In this document: positions 63,303 through 64,000 of the stretch, in pieces
Position numbering within the stretch: position 1 is the stretch's first letter
Layout of the letters: every line of letters begins with the position of its first letter
Source: Eubacteriales bacterium
Lineage (GTDB): Bacteria > Bacillota > Clostridia > Oscillospirales > CAG-272
Reading direction: 5' to 3'
Assembly (NCBI GenBank): GCA_045637205.1
Contig: JAZTYY010000078.1
Span: 952 to 64,951, forward strand
DNA: 64,000 nt
Notes under the pieces: model-generated
The model's input: the letters and a program-made list of their open reading frames with translations, nothing else
Database searches by the model: none
Told to the model about the DNA's origin: nothing
Position numbers and translations under genes: made by a program

Positions 63303-63843
63303 AGCAAATCATCCTTGTTTTTGAATTTTTTGCGCTATATGTCAATATAGCATCACATACAAATTTATTATAACACTTATATTTAACTCTGTCAATTTTT
63401 AATTTCTATTTTTTCCTTATAAATAATAAATTCACAAATTGTTCACTTGGAATAATTATTAAATTCATAAATTGATTTAATAAAAAGCCAAATTTCTTTG
63501 CTTTTTTGATATGTATTGCCTATTTTTTCCTTATATTCACGGTGATTATTGGAGTTTACTATTCTATTTCAGCATATAAGAACAGCCTTGAAATAATGTA
63601 AAATCAATCGAAATCACTTGTTTTTCGTCATTTTGCACAAAATCGCCCCTTGTATTTTTACACTCATAAGCACTATTTTAAAAACACATCAAAAAATCAA
63701 AGATAAGTTCAATTTCTTATCAAAAAAATCAAGGACAGTATTTTCACTTTGTAATACAATAATTTTGAATAGTGGGTTATTGTACCTTTTACAATATTAC
63801 ACATAAATTACTACTTAATAAAAACAAAAAAACGGAACTTTTC

Positions 63844-64000
63844 ATGAAACAAATTACTTTTAAACAATATCGCGCGATTGACCTTTCAATTCTTTGCATT
63901 TTAACTGCGGTTTTTGAAGCAATTGCCTCCTGGGCATCTGACAATGCGTTTCAGTTACAGGCAATGACGGTTTCTGTTACGCTTGCCTTAACGTGCATAA
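63844..64000 (+). CDS. 5' end of a membrane-protein gene running off the right edge
   Basis: ATG at 63844. MKQITFKQYRAIDLSILCILTAVFEAIASWASD... is open to the window end. Hydrophobic. Confidence 0.4.
   Translation, partial: MKQITFKQYRAIDLSILCILTAVFEAIASWASDNAFQLQAMTVSVTLALTCI

Overview
This is a 64-kb window from a low-GC Firmicute. That assignment is an inference from Clostridia-like proteins, GGAGG-type RBSs and TTGACA-17-TATAAT promoters. Nearly all genes lie on the minus strand.

Layout:
1. 1-4.9 kb: a phage/plasmid-like replication-recombination module. It has an AT-rich region with three 22-bp iterons, a RepA_N/DnaD-like initiator, small phage-type ORFs, a DUF669-like protein, a small serine recombinase and a DUF4314-like ORF. 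No virion genes are present.
2. 4.9-5.7 kb: peptide deformylase and a TipAS-domain protein.
3. 5.8-19.5 kb: a defence island.
   - A translationally coupled trio: DNA methyltransferase, 841-aa protein with two GHKL modules (MORC/Hsp90-like plus a complete histidine-kinase core), and 583-aa receiver-like protein with an unassignable C-terminal domain.
   - HTH / m5C-MTase / DUF3883-type endonuclease / m5C-MTase / Mrr / NUDIX.
   - A single-gene ABC-ATPase + TOPRIM/DUF4435-like protein (fused-PARIS-like), sitting in a 2.4-kb cassette that splits a tRNA-Pro(GGG)-like gene.
4. 20-21 kb: 6-phosphofructokinase.
5. 21.7-28.2 kb: a 6.5-kb gene for a BspA-type LRR lipoprotein with about 18 Cys-rich 43-aa repeats.
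6. 28.5-30.9 kb: a DUF4926 / unknown 416-aa / WYL-regulator operon.
7. 31-39 kb: a glycan-utilisation cluster (GH88/105, GPH symporter, TIM-barrel isomerase, 713-aa unknown, GH38).
8. 39-64 kb: large surface proteins, TetR, GH31, flavin reductase, MmcQ/YjbR, a lipid kinase, UPF0316, an alpha/beta hydrolase, a secreted endonuclease I, an EF-G/TetM-like GTPase fused to a Rae1/YacP NYN RNase domain, an AlkD-like protein, a riboswitch-like leader with a DUF4430 lipoprotein and ECF S-component, and GH3.

No rRNA, intact tRNA or CRISPR array was seen.

The best candidate for an undescribed system is the methyltransferase + dual-GHKL/HK-like + receiver-effector trio at 5862-11553. It looks like a two-component phosphorelay wired to a modification enzyme. 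All domain calls come from motifs read by eye and need HMM or structure confirmation.
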